Assembly (NCBI RefSeq): GCF_000354175.2
Contig: NC_022359.1
Span: forward strand, 870,001-902,000
Reading direction: 5' to 3'
Origin: Vibrio alginolyticus NBRC 15630 = ATCC 17749
GTDB lineage: Bacteria; Pseudomonadota; Gammaproteobacteria; Enterobacterales; Vibrionaceae
DNA length: 32,000 nt
Position numbers and translations under genes: made by a program. The notes under the pieces are model-generated. The model did not search any database. It was given only the letters and a program-made list of their open reading frames with translations, and was not told where the DNA came from. This document shows positions 7,467-16,611 of this stretch, one piece after another; the stretch's first letter is position 1; the number at the start of each line of letters is the position of its first letter.

Positions 7467-8090
7467 TAGTAGCTAGTTGATGTTCTTCGAATATATAAAT
7501 TTAAAATGAAATTATATTTTAATCTATGCGTCATAATAGTGCGTATTGCACCAGTATGAGACAAGCTCTTATATCATTTTTAGATTAAATATATTTAATT
7601 TATTATATTTTATCGGTATTAATCATCACTGTGTTAAAATAATCGAATTGATAACTAAATTATCATTAAATGCAGTAATTAAATGATATGTTTGATAATT
7701 ATTTTTACTGATAATTGAATTATTATTCTAATCTCAAGTTTGTTGTAATCATATAGGCTTAAAATTCAGATCTTAAATCATGACATAATGTAACGTCTAC
7801 CATTCTGTATGTAAGTGTATGATATTTAATAATTATATTTCTATTTCTGTTGGTGTAGCTTTTGTGGAAGTGTGATTTAAAACAATGACTTATGTAAAGT
7901 TAACCATTTTATAACATTTCACGGGTAATGAGATCTAAATCAATCTTATGCAATTGGGTGAGTTTTTTATTTGAAATGTAATATTTCTAGGTTAACTTAA
8001 AATAAAGGCAGCACGGGATTGGTTGTCAAAAGAATAAATAAACACGTCAGTTGGTGAACTATTTCATCAGTGTATTAAGTTTGCTTTTTA
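7467..8090. promoter_or_regulatory. Long, very AT-rich divergent control region between the LysE-family gene and phaB
   Basis: About 650 bp with no credible ORF, containing A/T runs and several short dyads and repeats. Examples are ATTGATAA-ctaaa-TTATCATT at 7647-7667 and TGATAATT at both 7693-7700 and 7709-7716. Confidence 0.6.
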
Positions 8091-8115
8091 AATGCCGTTA
8101 AGAATGGAGTCTTCA

Positions 8116-8856
8116 ATGAAGAAAGTCGCTTTGATCACTGGATCAAAAGGCGGAATTGGTTCTGCTATTTCCTCTCAATTAGTCAATGACGGTTACCGTG
8201 TAATCGCTACTTATTTCACAGGTAACTACGAATGTGCGCTGGAGTGGTTCAACAGCAAAGGGTTTACCAAAGATCAGGTTCGCCTTTTTGAGTTGGATGT
8301 AACAAACACGACAGAGTGTGCAGAGAAATTGGCGCAATTGCTTGGGGAGGAAGGAACCATTGATGTTGTTGTCAACAACGCAGGAATCACACGTGATGGC
8401 GTGTTTAAAAAGATGACTGCGCAAGCTTGGAATGATGTCATCAATACCAACCTCAATAGTTTATTCAACGTTACGCAACCCCTCTTTGCAGCAATGTGCG
8501 AAAAAGGCGGTGGTCGTGTCATCAATATCTCTTCAGTCAATGGTCTTAAAGGGCAGTTTGGTCAAGCAAACTACTCGGCGGCGAAAGCTGGGATGATCGG
8601 TTTCTCTAAAGCCTTAGCATACGAAGGTGCTCGCTCGGGTGTGACAGTTAATGTTATCGCTCCGGGTTACACGGGTACGCCAATGGTTGAGCAAATGAAG
8701 CCAGAAGTGCTGGAATCCATCACGAACCAAATTCCAATGAAACGTCTTGCGACACCAGAAGAAATTGCAGCATCAGTGAGCTTCTTGGTCAGCGATGCGG
8801 GCGCCTACATCACCGGAGAGACTTTGTCGGTGAACGGCGGCCTATACATGCACTAA
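8116..8856 (+). CDS. phaB: Acetoacetyl-CoA reductase (SDR family), PHB pathway
   Basis: The start at 8116 (MKKVALITGSKGGIGS) has GGAG 7 nt upstream. It carries the TGxxxGIG cofactor motif and the catalytic YSAAK, and sits in a cluster with a thiolase, a phasin and a PHA synthase. Confidence 0.92.
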   Translation: MKKVALITGSKGGIGSAISSQLVNDGYRVIATYFTGNYECALEWFNSKGFTKDQVRLFELDVTNTTECAEKLAQLLGEEGTIDVVVNNAGITRDGVFKKMTAQAWNDVINTNLNSLFNVTQPLFAAMCEKGGGRVINISSVNGLKGQFGQANYSAAKAGMIGFSKALAYEGARSGVTVNVIAPGYTGTPMVEQMKPEVLESITNQIPMKRLATPEEIAASVSFLVSDAGAYITGETLSVNGGLYMH

Positions 8857-8865
8857 GGAGAGAAG

Positions 8866-10077
8866 ATGATGGAAAAAGTATTTATCGTAGCGGCGAAGCG
8901 TACTCCAATTGGTGCTTTTGGTGGCAGCCTGAAAAATACTTCTGCTGGCGATCTGGCAGCAGTAGCGATTAAAGGCGCGTTGGAAGCGGCAAAGTTGCCT
9001 GGCGACAAGGTTGACGAAGTGATTGTTGGCAACGTTGTTGGTGCAGGTCAAGGAATGGGTGTTGGCCGCCAAGCGGCACTGTTTGCGGGGATTCCTGAAT
9101 CTGTTCCTGCATATGGCGTAAACATGGTTTGCGGTAGTGGCATGAAAACGGTCATGGATGCCGTGTCCCATATCCGTAGTGGCGATGCTGAGATCGTTGT
9201 TGCAGCGGGTGTTGAAGTCATGTCTCAGATTCCGTTTGCCGCACCAAGCAGCATTCGTGATGGCAACAAAATGGGCAATCTGGAGCTAAAAGATCTGCTC
9301 GTAGCGGACGGTTTAACCGATGTTTACAACCAATATCACATGGGTGTGACGGCAGAAAACGTAGCAAAACAAATCGGCTTAACTCGCCAGCAGCAAGACG
9401 AATACGCGCTGTCTAGCCAACAGAAAGCGGTAGCCGCTATCGAAGCTGGCAAATTTCAAGACGAAATTGTGCCAGTGGAAGTAAAGCAACGCCGTGAAAC
9501 CGTGATGTTTGATACGGATGAATACCCAAAAGCGAACGCGACAATGGAAGCCTTAAGCAAGCTACGTCCTGCTTTTGACCGCGAAGGCACTGTGACTGCG
9601 GGTAATGCATCAGGCATTAACGATGGAGCGAGTGCGATTATCGTGGCGTCTGAAAGCGCAGTTAAAGCGCATGGATTAACGCCGCTTGCTGAGATCGTAA
9701 GCTATGCGCAATCGGGTCTTGATCCGAAGATCATGGGCCTAGGTCCTGTTGAGTCGGTCAATAAAGCACTCGAAAAAGCAGAACTCACAGTAAATGATAT
9801 CGACGTTTACGAGTTAAACGAAGCATTTGCAGCGCAAGCACTTGGCGTGATTCATCAGTTGGCGGAAACAAACCAAGTTCCAGTTAACGCGATTCAAGAT
9901 AAAGCGAACTTTAACGGTGGTGCTATCGCGCTAGGACACCCGCTTGGTGCATCTGGAAACCGAATCTTAGTCACGCTGGTTCACGAGCTTCATAAGCAAA
10001 ATGGTCAATATGGCGTTGCTTCACTTTGTGTGGGCGGCGGCATGGGCACGGCTGTGGTTGTAAAGACAGTTAAGTAA
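8866..10077 (+). CDS. phaA: Acetyl-CoA acetyltransferase (biosynthetic thiolase)
   Basis: 403 aa with the active-site Cys context NMVCGSGMK and the C-terminal GNASGINDGA, NGGAIALGHPLGASG and CVGGGMG motifs. SD AAGGAG lies 5 nt upstream. Confidence 0.93.
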   Translation: MMEKVFIVAAKRTPIGAFGGSLKNTSAGDLAAVAIKGALEAAKLPGDKVDEVIVGNVVGAGQGMGVGRQAALFAGIPESVPAYGVNMVCGSGMKTVMDAVSHIRSGDAEIVVAAGVEVMSQIPFAAPSSIRDGNKMGNLELKDLLVADGLTDVYNQYHMGVTAENVAKQIGLTRQQQDEYALSSQQKAVAAIEAGKFQDEIVPVEVKQRRETVMFDTDEYPKANATMEALSKLRPAFDREGTVTAGNASGINDGASAIIVASESAVKAHGLTPLAEIVSYAQSGLDPKIMGLGPVESVNKALEKAELTVNDIDVYELNEAFAAQALGVIHQLAETNQVPVNAIQDKANFNGGAIALGHPLGASGNRILVTLVHELHKQNGQYGVASLCVGGGMGTAVVVKTVK

Positions 10078-10122
10078 TTATTTAAACGGACATTTTTTAA
10101 TTCTTTCTCTAGGAGACAAACC

Positions 10123-10470
10123 ATGTACACAGATTTCTTCAAAACATTTAGCGATCAAACTGAAAAAAATCTAGAACCTTACTTGAAGTTCAACAAGCTA
10201 GTGACAAAAAACGTAGAAGTGTTGACCGAGCTTCAATTGAACGCCATTCGCACATACAGTGAAGTGGGTCTAAACCAGATGAAAGCAGCGACAGAAATCA
10301 AAGACGTAACGTCATTGACTGCTTTCAACAGTCAGCAACTAAGCGTACTTACTAAACTTTCTCAACAAATGATGGATGACAGCAACAAGCTTCAAGCGAT
10401 TGCAAAAGAGTTCAAAGAAGACGTTGAGAAAATGACTTCGGAAAATCTAAAGACTGTTACTCCAGCGTAA
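10123..10470 (+). CDS. phaP: Phasin-family PHA granule-associated protein
   Basis: 115 aa, helical, amphipathic and lacking Cys and Trp, located between the thiolase and the PHA synthase. It has a strong SD (AGGAG, 7-nt spacer). Confidence 0.8.
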   Translation: MYTDFFKTFSDQTEKNLEPYLKFNKLVTKNVEVLTELQLNAIRTYSEVGLNQMKAATEIKDVTSLTAFNSQQLSVLTKLSQQMMDDSNKLQAIAKEFKEDVEKMTSENLKTVTPA

Positions 10471-10483
10471 TTTGTCCGATTCT

Positions 10484-10516
10484 CGCCGCCCCTAGATTTG
10501 GGCGGCGTTGTTTTTT
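10484..10516 (+). terminator. Strong intrinsic terminator or attenuator between phaP and phaC
   Basis: CGCCGCCC-ctagattt-GGGCGGCG (8-bp GC-rich stem) followed by TTGTTTTTT. It begins 14 nt after the phaP stop and ends 8 nt before the phaC SD. Confidence 0.8.
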
Positions 10517-10536
10517 CCGAATATAGGAGTAAGACT

Positions 10537-12312
10537 ATGTTTCAACACTTCTTTTCGGACTATCTTGTGAAGCTTCAGGAAACCAATCATCAGTGGTGGC
10601 ATGATTTCGAAGTGAACAAGGCAGTCGTGAACTCTCCTTTAAACAAGGCCATGCAAGAAGTGAACTTTGAGGATACTGCCAAACTGTTCGAACAAGCTGC
10701 GAATCAGCCTGCTGCGATTTTAAAGCTGCAAGCACAGTGGTGGGAACAGCAGCTGCAAATTTGGCAGAATGTTGCATTGGCAGGGAACCAAGCACAAATC
10801 GTCGAAGCTGAAAAAGGGGATAAGCGTTTCTCAAACGAAGCGTGGCAAAATGAAGCCATGTATAGCTTCATCAAACAATCCTACCTTTTATTTAGTAAGA
10901 CCTATCTGGACACCATCGAGTCTTTGGAAGGCTTAGATGAAAAGACGAAAGAACGTATTATTTTTTTCTCTCGCCAAGCCATTAACGCCCTTTCTCCTTC
11001 CAACTTCATCGCCACTAACCCAGAGCTTTTGAAGCTGACACTTGAGCAAAACGGTCAAAACTTACTGGCAGGCTTAGAGCAGTTGAAAGAAGACGTTGAG
11101 TCGAGCGCAGACATTTTAAAAATTCGTATGACGAATAACAATGCATTCCGCGTGGGAGATGACGTTGCGACGACACAGGGCAATGTGGTTTTTCAAAACG
11201 AATTGTTTGAGTTGATTCAATATCGACCTCTAACAGAGAAAGTGAATGCGACGCCGCTGCTCATCGTCCCACCTTTCATCAATAAATACTACATCCTTGA
11301 TTTAACGGCAAAGAACTCAATGGTTCGATGGTTGTTAGAGCAGGGGCACAGTGTATTTATGATGTCTTGGCGCAATCCAGGCAAGGCACAAGCGCACATA
11401 GAGTTTGGTGACTACGTGACAGAAGGCGTAGTGAAAGCCGTCGCTGCAATTGAAGATATAACAGGACAAGAGCAAATCAATGCTGCTGGTTATTGTATTG
11501 GTGGTACTGTTTTAGCAAGCACGGTTGCGTACTACGCTGCAAAACGTATGAAGAAGCGCATTAAGTCTGCCACTTTCTTCACCACGTTGCTCGACTTCTC
11601 TCAACCAGGTGAAGTCGGCGCGTATATCAATGACACCATTGTTAGTGCAATTGAAGCGCAAAATAACGCGAAAGGGTATATGGACGGCCGTTCCTTAAGC
11701 GTGACGTTTAGTTTACTGCGTGAAAACAGCTTGTACTGGAACTACTACGTAGACAACTACTTGAAAGGCAATAGCCCAGTCGATTTTGACTTGTTGTACT
11801 GGAATAGTGACAGCACCAACGTCAGCGCTGCATCTCACAATTTCTTGCTTCGCGAGCTCTATTTAGAGAACAAGCTGGTGCAAGATAAAGGCGTCAAAAT
11901 TGGTGGAGTATGGATTGATCTAAATAAGATCAAAATTCCTAGCTATTTTGTGTCAACGAAAGAAGACCATATTGCGTTATGGCAGGGAACTTACCGTGGT
12001 GCGCTGAACACGGGTGGTAACAAAACATTTGTCCTCGGTGAGTCTGGTCATATTGCGGGCATCGTGAATCCTCCAGCTAAAAATAAGTATGGTTATTGGT
12101 TGAACGATAATTTGGATGACTCTGCTGATGAGTGGTTGAATAACGCGGAACACAAAGAGGGATCGTGGTGGACACACTGGAACGAGTGGTTACTCCAATT
12201 CAACCCTAAAGAGCAAGTTGAGCCTTTCCCTATTGGCTCAGAAAACCATCCGGTTATTGATGAGGCGCCAGGACAATACGTCAAACAGGTTCTGCCAGTA
12301 AAAGAATCTTAA
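10537..12312 (+). CDS. phaC: Class I poly(3-hydroxyalkanoate) synthase
   Basis: The start at ATG 10537 (MFQHFFSDYL) has AGGAG 7 nt upstream; the 10498 start in the ORF track would lie inside the terminator. About 591 aa with the lipase-box catalytic Cys (GYCIGG) and an alpha/beta-hydrolase C-terminal half. Confidence 0.93.
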   Translation: MFQHFFSDYLVKLQETNHQWWHDFEVNKAVVNSPLNKAMQEVNFEDTAKLFEQAANQPAAILKLQAQWWEQQLQIWQNVALAGNQAQIVEAEKGDKRFSNEAWQNEAMYSFIKQSYLLFSKTYLDTIESLEGLDEKTKERIIFFSRQAINALSPSNFIATNPELLKLTLEQNGQNLLAGLEQLKEDVESSADILKIRMTNNNAFRVGDDVATTQGNVVFQNELFELIQYRPLTEKVNATPLLIVPPFINKYYILDLTAKNSMVRWLLEQGHSVFMMSWRNPGKAQAHIEFGDYVTEGVVKAVAAIEDITGQEQINAAGYCIGGTVLASTVAYYAAKRMKKRIKSATFFTTLLDFSQPGEVGAYINDTIVSAIEAQNNAKGYMDGRSLSVTFSLLRENSLYWNYYVDNYLKGNSPVDFDLLYWNSDSTNVSAASHNFLLRELYLENKLVQDKGVKIGGVWIDLNKIKIPSYFVSTKEDHIALWQGTYRGALNTGGNKTFVLGESGHIAGIVNPPAKNKYGYWLNDNLDDSADEWLNNAEHKEGSWWTHWNEWLLQFNPKEQVEPFPIGSENHPVIDEAPGQYVKQVLPVKES

Positions 12313-12337
12313 ACAACTCCCTATAGCAGTAAATCTT

Positions 12338-12362
12338 AGCGGCCTTTATGGTCGCTTTTTTT
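12338..12362 (+). terminator. Rho-independent terminator of the pha cluster
   Basis: AGCGGCC-tttat-GGTCGCT (7 bp, one G-U pair) followed by a T-run. Confidence 0.65.
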
Positions 12363-12404
12363 ATGTATGATTGCTTGTTTATTGTTGGCAAGTACCATTG
12401 AGTA

Positions 12405-12438
12405 ATAAATAAAAAGCGCCGAGCATTTGCTCGGCGCT
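12405..12438 (-). terminator. Rho-independent terminator of the nap operon
   Basis: AGCGCCGAGC-attt-GCTCGGCGCT is a perfect 10-bp stem, with the A-run at 12410-12415 forming a U-tract on the minus strand. Confidence 0.85.
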
Positions 12439-12482
12439 CAGTGTCAACAAATAGGCTAGTTGACGAGTAGAGATGCGTTACG

Positions 12483-12617
12483 TTACACCTCTTTATCCTT
12501 ACCAAATGACAGCAGCCAGAGAGAGATTGCTGCTACCGCCACAAAGCCGGAAAGAATAATCACTGGCATAGCACTGTAGCCAAGGATATGCCAAATTACA
12601 GATTCTAATGTACTCAT
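12483..12617 (-). CDS. Small 44-aa single-TM membrane protein, translationally coupled downstream of napC (absent from the ORF track)
   Basis: The minus strand encodes MSTLESVIWHILGYSAMPVIILSGFVAVAAISLWLLSFGKDKEV. An AAGGAG SD overlaps the napC stop codon and lies 7 nt before the ATG. The ORF has one hydrophobic helix and a charged tail, and ends just upstream of the nap terminator. Confidence 0.65.
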   Translation of the reverse strand: MSTLESVIWHILGYSAMPVIILSGFVAVAAISLWLLSFGKDKEV

Positions 12618-12628
12618 GGTAAGTCTCC

Positions 12629-13207
12629 TTAGTGCCAGCCTTCAACGCCGCTCATGTCTGGTAGTTTGTGCGCAATACCTTTGTGACAGTCTACACATGT
12701 TTTCTCGCCTGAAGCGAGAGCGGTGGAGTGCTGTTCTGCCGCACGTGATCCTTGCTGAGAGTAATCCATGAAATCAAACTCATGACAGTTACGACATTCA
12801 AGAGAGTCATTCTTTTTCATACGTGCCCACTCTCGCTCTGCGAGGTGTCCACGACGCTCTTGGAACTTCTCTGGCGTATCGATCGTCTTCGTTACGAAGT
12901 GTGCAAATAGCTCTTTAGATGCCTGTACTTTACGAACGATCTTATCCGTCCATTCATGAGGAACGTGACAGTCTGAACAAATCGCACGAACACCAGAACG
13001 GTTGGAGTAGTGAATTGTTTCTTGAATTTCAGCAACGATCGGCGCGTGACAGCCAGAACAGAATTCTTCTGTGTTGGTTGCTTCCATACCTGTGTTGAAT
13101 GCGCCCCAAAATAGAAGGCCACCAGCGAAGCCTAGAAATAAAACCACACCAGCGGCAGCTTTACTCGGGCTCGACAGTCTCTTCCAAAACGCTTTAAGTA
13201 TTTTCAT
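12629..13207 (-). CDS. napC: Tetrahaem cytochrome c quinol dehydrogenase NapC
   Basis: 192 aa with an N-terminal TM anchor and four CxxCH motifs (CSGCH, CSDCH, CRNCH, CVDCH). It is the last large gene of the nap operon. Confidence 0.95.
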   Translation of the reverse strand: MKILKAFWKRLSSPSKAAAGVVLFLGFAGGLLFWGAFNTGMEATNTEEFCSGCHAPIVAEIQETIHYSNRSGVRAICSDCHVPHEWTDKIVRKVQASKELFAHFVTKTIDTPEKFQERRGHLAEREWARMKKNDSLECRNCHEFDFMDYSQQGSRAAEQHSTALASGEKTCVDCHKGIAHKLPDMSGVEGWH

Positions 13208-13235
13208 AAGTAACCTCTTAGTACTCGCGTTTCAA

Positions 13236-13694
13236 TTACTGAAGCGAATCGACTGCCTTAAACTCGTTTTCCACTAGTGGTTTTGCATCCGTTTGTGGAA
13301 CGTGACATTGCAAACAGAAGTAACGACGAGGAGACATATCTGCCAGTACCGCATCTTCTCTGTTTACATAGTGCGTTACGCTAATTTTAGTCGCACCTGA
13401 CTCTTTTGCATTTTTCCAGCTATGGCATGCAAGACACTTGTTAGCATTTAACGAAATTTCGTAGTGACGAATGCTGTGTGGGATCAACGGTGGTTGATAA
13501 ACATAGCTGTCTTCAACAATTTGATCTTTAGGGAAGTCTTTGAACTCGTCTGCTGGACGCGTATCTTCCAATTGAGACATTCCACGTAAAGATTCTAGAC
13601 CTCCAATACCACCTGGATTATCCAACTCAGCTTGCGCAATGCCTGTCACTAACGCACCTACAGATAAAACTGCGACAAGTAATTTTTTCATCAT
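13236..13694 (-). CDS. napB: Dihaem cytochrome c NapB
   Basis: 152 aa with a signal peptide (..GIAQA|E) and two CxxCH motifs (CLACH, CLQCH). It follows napA. Confidence 0.95.
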   Translation of the reverse strand: MMKKLLVAVLSVGALVTGIAQAELDNPGGIGGLESLRGMSQLEDTRPADEFKDFPKDQIVEDSYVYQPPLIPHSIRHYEISLNANKCLACHSWKNAKESGATKISVTHYVNREDAVLADMSPRRYFCLQCHVPQTDAKPLVENEFKAVDSLQ

Positions 13695-13769
13695 TTCATC
13701 TCCGCCTTTATGGCTTAAATTCTTTATTAGGCCGCCATAATGACGGCCGTAGCATTCAGTATCTGAAGG

Positions 13770-16259
13770 TTAAGCAATCTTAGTGATTTTGACTGGGCAC
13801 TTCTTAAAGTCTGTCTGTTTAGACAGTGGATCAGTCGCATCTAGGATAAGCTTGTTAATCAAAATACGTGCATCAAAGAACGGTACGAATACCAAGCCTT
13901 TTGGCGGACGGTTACGACCGCGAGTTTCAACACGAACGCGTACTTCACCGCGTTTGTTTGCCATGAGTACTTCTTCACCACGACGAACATTGCGTGCTTT
14001 TGCGTCTTCTGGGTGCATGTAACACACTGCGTCTGGTACTGCTTTGTATAATTCAGGTACACGACGAGTCATGGTGCCTGTGTGCCAATGCTCAAGAACA
14101 CGACCAGTACATAACCACATATCAAATTCATCGTTCGGTACTTCTGGTGGCGCTTCGTATGGCGCGGAAATGATCTTCGCTTTGCCATCAGCATTGCCGT
14201 AGAAGTCCCAACCAGAACCTTCTTTTGCGTATGGGTCTGAACCTTCTTTAAAGCGCCACTGTGTTTCTTTACCATCAACAACAGGCCAACGTAGACCACG
14301 TACTTGATGGTAGCGGTCGTATGGAGCCAAATCATGCCCGTGACCACGGCCAAATGTTGCGTATTCCTCAAACAGACCTTTTTGAACATAGAAACCGAAG
14401 TGGTGAGCATCGTCATTCAGTTCACGAGCTTCTTCGATAGGGAATTTGTCGACGTTACCATTGCGGTAAAGTACGTCGTACATTGTTTTACCACGGTATT
14501 GAGGCGCTTTCGCTAGAAGCTCTTCAGGCCACACTTCTTCCATTTTGAAGCGTTTCGAGAACTCCATTAGCTGCCACAGGTCGGATTTTGCTTGACCGAC
14601 TGTGCCCACTTGTTGGTACCAAGCTTGAGTACGACGCTCTGCGTTACCGTAAGCACCTTCTTTTTCAATCCACATTGCGGTAGGAAGAATAAGGTCTGCT
14701 GCTTGTGCTGTTGCTGTCGGGTATGGGTCAGACACAACGATGAAGTTTTCTGGGTTGCGGTAACCTGGAAGACGTTCTGTGTTGATGTTTGGACCGGCTT
14801 GCATGTTGTTGTTACATTGAACCCAGTAACAGTTCAGAACGCCGTCATTCAGCATACGGTCTTGCAATACGGCGTGGAAGCCAGGTTTTGGTGGAATCGT
14901 ACCTTCTGGCAGTTTCCAGATGTCTTCTGCAATCTTACGGTGTTTAGGGTTAGCAACCACCATGTCCGCTGGTAGGCGGTGAGCAAACGTACCAACCTCA
15001 CGAGCGGTACCACATGCTGATGGTTGGCCCGTTAGTGAGAATGGACTGTTCCCCGGAGTCGAGATCTTACCGGTTAGTAGGTGGATGTTGTAAACCAAGT
15101 TATTCATCCATACACCACGAGTATGCTGGTTCATGCCCATTGTCCATAGAGACATCACTTTCGTGTTTGGATCCGCGTATTGCTTCGCAAGCTCGATAAG
15201 CTTCTCTTTCTCAACACCAGAGATTTCAGATGCTTTCTCTACTGTGTATGGCGCTACTGATTTCTTGTACTCTTCGAATGAGATAGAAGTGAGTTTGCCA
15301 GAGTTCGGGTTCTTCGCTGCTTTTTGTAGCGGATCATCGTCACGTAGACCGTAGCCGATGTCAGTGTCTGCTTGAGTGAAGTTCGTGTGTTTGTTCACGA
15401 AGTCCCAGTTTACTGCATCGTTTTCGATGATGTAGTTTGCGATGAAGTTAGCAATTGCAAGGTCAGACTGAGGATTGAAAATGTAGCCGTGGTCTGCCAA
15501 CTCAAATGAACGATGGTAGTAAGTAGAAAGCACGTTCACTTTAACGTGAGGGTGGCTTAGGCGGCGGTCAGTAATGCGAGTCCATAGAACCGGGTGCATC
15601 TCTGCCATGTTTGAGCCCCAAAGAACGAAAGCGTCTGCGTTCTCAAAGTCATCGTAACAACCCATTGGCTCATCGATACCGAATGCGCGCATGAAACCTA
15701 CAACGGCAGAAGCCATACAGTGGCGAGCGTTTGGATCAATGTTGTTTGATCGGAAGCCTGCTTTCATTAACTTTGATGCAGCGTAGCCTTCCATTACTGT
15801 CCATTGGCCTGAGCCAAACATACCTACGCTTGTTGGGCCTTTTTTCTCGAGGGAAGCTTTCCATTTCTCAGCCATGATGTCGAAAGCGTCATCCCAAGAG
15901 ATAGGTGTAAATTCACCATCTTTGTGGAATTTGCCATCTTTCATTCGTAGCATCGGTTGAGTTAGACGGTCTTGACCGTACATGATCTTAGAAAGGAAGT
16001 AACCTTTGATGCAGTTCAGACCTTTGTTTACTGGTGCTTCTGGGTCACCCTGTGTTGCTACCACTTTGCCGTTTTGAGTGCCAACAAGAACAGAACAGCC
16101 TGTACCACAGAAACGACAAGGTGCTTTGTCCCATGTGATTTTGGTTTGATCAGAGCTTGCAATCAGGTTGGCTGCAGATGCTGGTAGTGTCACACCTGCG
16201 ACAGCAGCAGCTGATGCAGCCGCGTTTGCTTTCACAAACGCACGTCTTGTCATTTTCAT
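13770..16259 (-). CDS. napA: Periplasmic nitrate reductase catalytic subunit NapA (Mo-bisMGD, 4Fe-4S)
   Basis: 829 aa with a twin-arginine signal ([13 protein letters not shown]) and an N-terminal 4Fe-4S motif (CRFCGTGC). It has molybdopterin oxidoreductase architecture. Confidence 0.97.
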   Translation of the reverse strand: MKMTRRAFVKANAAASAAAVAGVTLPASAANLIASSDQTKITWDKAPCRFCGTGCSVLVGTQNGKVVATQGDPEAPVNKGLNCIKGYFLSKIMYGQDRLTQPMLRMKDGKFHKDGEFTPISWDDAFDIMAEKWKASLEKKGPTSVGMFGSGQWTVMEGYAASKLMKAGFRSNNIDPNARHCMASAVVGFMRAFGIDEPMGCYDDFENADAFVLWGSNMAEMHPVLWTRITDRRLSHPHVKVNVLSTYYHRSFELADHGYIFNPQSDLAIANFIANYIIENDAVNWDFVNKHTNFTQADTDIGYGLRDDDPLQKAAKNPNSGKLTSISFEEYKKSVAPYTVEKASEISGVEKEKLIELAKQYADPNTKVMSLWTMGMNQHTRGVWMNNLVYNIHLLTGKISTPGNSPFSLTGQPSACGTAREVGTFAHRLPADMVVANPKHRKIAEDIWKLPEGTIPPKPGFHAVLQDRMLNDGVLNCYWVQCNNNMQAGPNINTERLPGYRNPENFIVVSDPYPTATAQAADLILPTAMWIEKEGAYGNAERRTQAWYQQVGTVGQAKSDLWQLMEFSKRFKMEEVWPEELLAKAPQYRGKTMYDVLYRNGNVDKFPIEEARELNDDAHHFGFYVQKGLFEEYATFGRGHGHDLAPYDRYHQVRGLRWPVVDGKETQWRFKEGSDPYAKEGSGWDFYGNADGKAKIISAPYEAPPEVPNDEFDMWLCTGRVLEHWHTGTMTRRVPELYKAVPDAVCYMHPEDAKARNVRRGEEVLMANKRGEVRVRVETRGRNRPPKGLVFVPFFDARILINKLILDATDPLSKQTDFKKCPVKITKIA

Positions 16260-16564
16260 ACTTCACCCTCGATTTGGGAATGTTGTGTTCCAGTGTCTTC
16301 TTCATCCGTTTCTTCAAGCCCAGTTTCGATTTGGTGATAAACCAATACCGTGCTTAAGACGTTCGGTAAATTGTTAATGGCATCGATAGTGTCTGTGATG
16401 AAACCTTGGTTCTCAGTTTCAAGTACGACGATAATCTTGCCTTCAGGACTGTCACCATAGATTTCCGCATTTTCGTGTGCTTCTATCTTTTGTTTGATTT
16501 CGTCCAAATGTTCCGGCAGCACATGTACTACCAAACTTGAAATATGCACTTCATTTAGTGACAT
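16256..16564 (-). CDS. napD: NapA chaperone NapD
   Basis: 102 aa with the typical HISSLVV N-terminus. A 4-nt ATGA overlap joins it to the napA start, and it sits between napF and napA. Confidence 0.9.
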   Translation of the reverse strand: MSLNEVHISSLVVHVLPEHLDEIKQKIEAHENAEIYGDSPEGKIIVVLETENQGFITDTIDAINNLPNVLSTVLVYHQIETGLEETDEEDTGTQHSQIEGEV

Positions 16565-16611
16565 ATAGCTCTCTCATTTATTTTTATTGCCTTTGGCCGA
16601 CGACATTCGGC

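Noticed and set aside
7680-7730. Fur-box-like GATAAT repeats (TGATAATTATTTTTACTGATAATTGAATTATTATTC) in the AT-rich pha upstream region.
   Set aside because: My best alignment to the 19-bp Fur consensus matches only about 11 of 19 positions. That is not distinguishable from chance in sequence this AT-rich.
12281-12505. A 74-aa minus-strand ORF in the phaC-napC spacer.
   Set aside because: It runs through two rho-independent terminators and has a basic, low-complexity composition. The 44-aa SD-coupled ORF at 12483-12617 explains the region better.
13695-13769. Inverted repeats in the napA-napB spacer (TTATGGC...GCCATAA and GGCCG-ccataatga-CGGCC).
   Set aside because: These are short stems inside an operon with no U-tract. 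They are plausibly ordinary intercistronic mRNA structure, and I see nothing to support a specific function.
13783-16377. A series of plus-strand ORFs (61-127 aa) tiled across napA and napD.
   Set aside because: They are antisense shadow ORFs inside a strongly supported 829-aa gene. They have odd compositions (Cys, Val and Phe runs) and no SD or promoter context.
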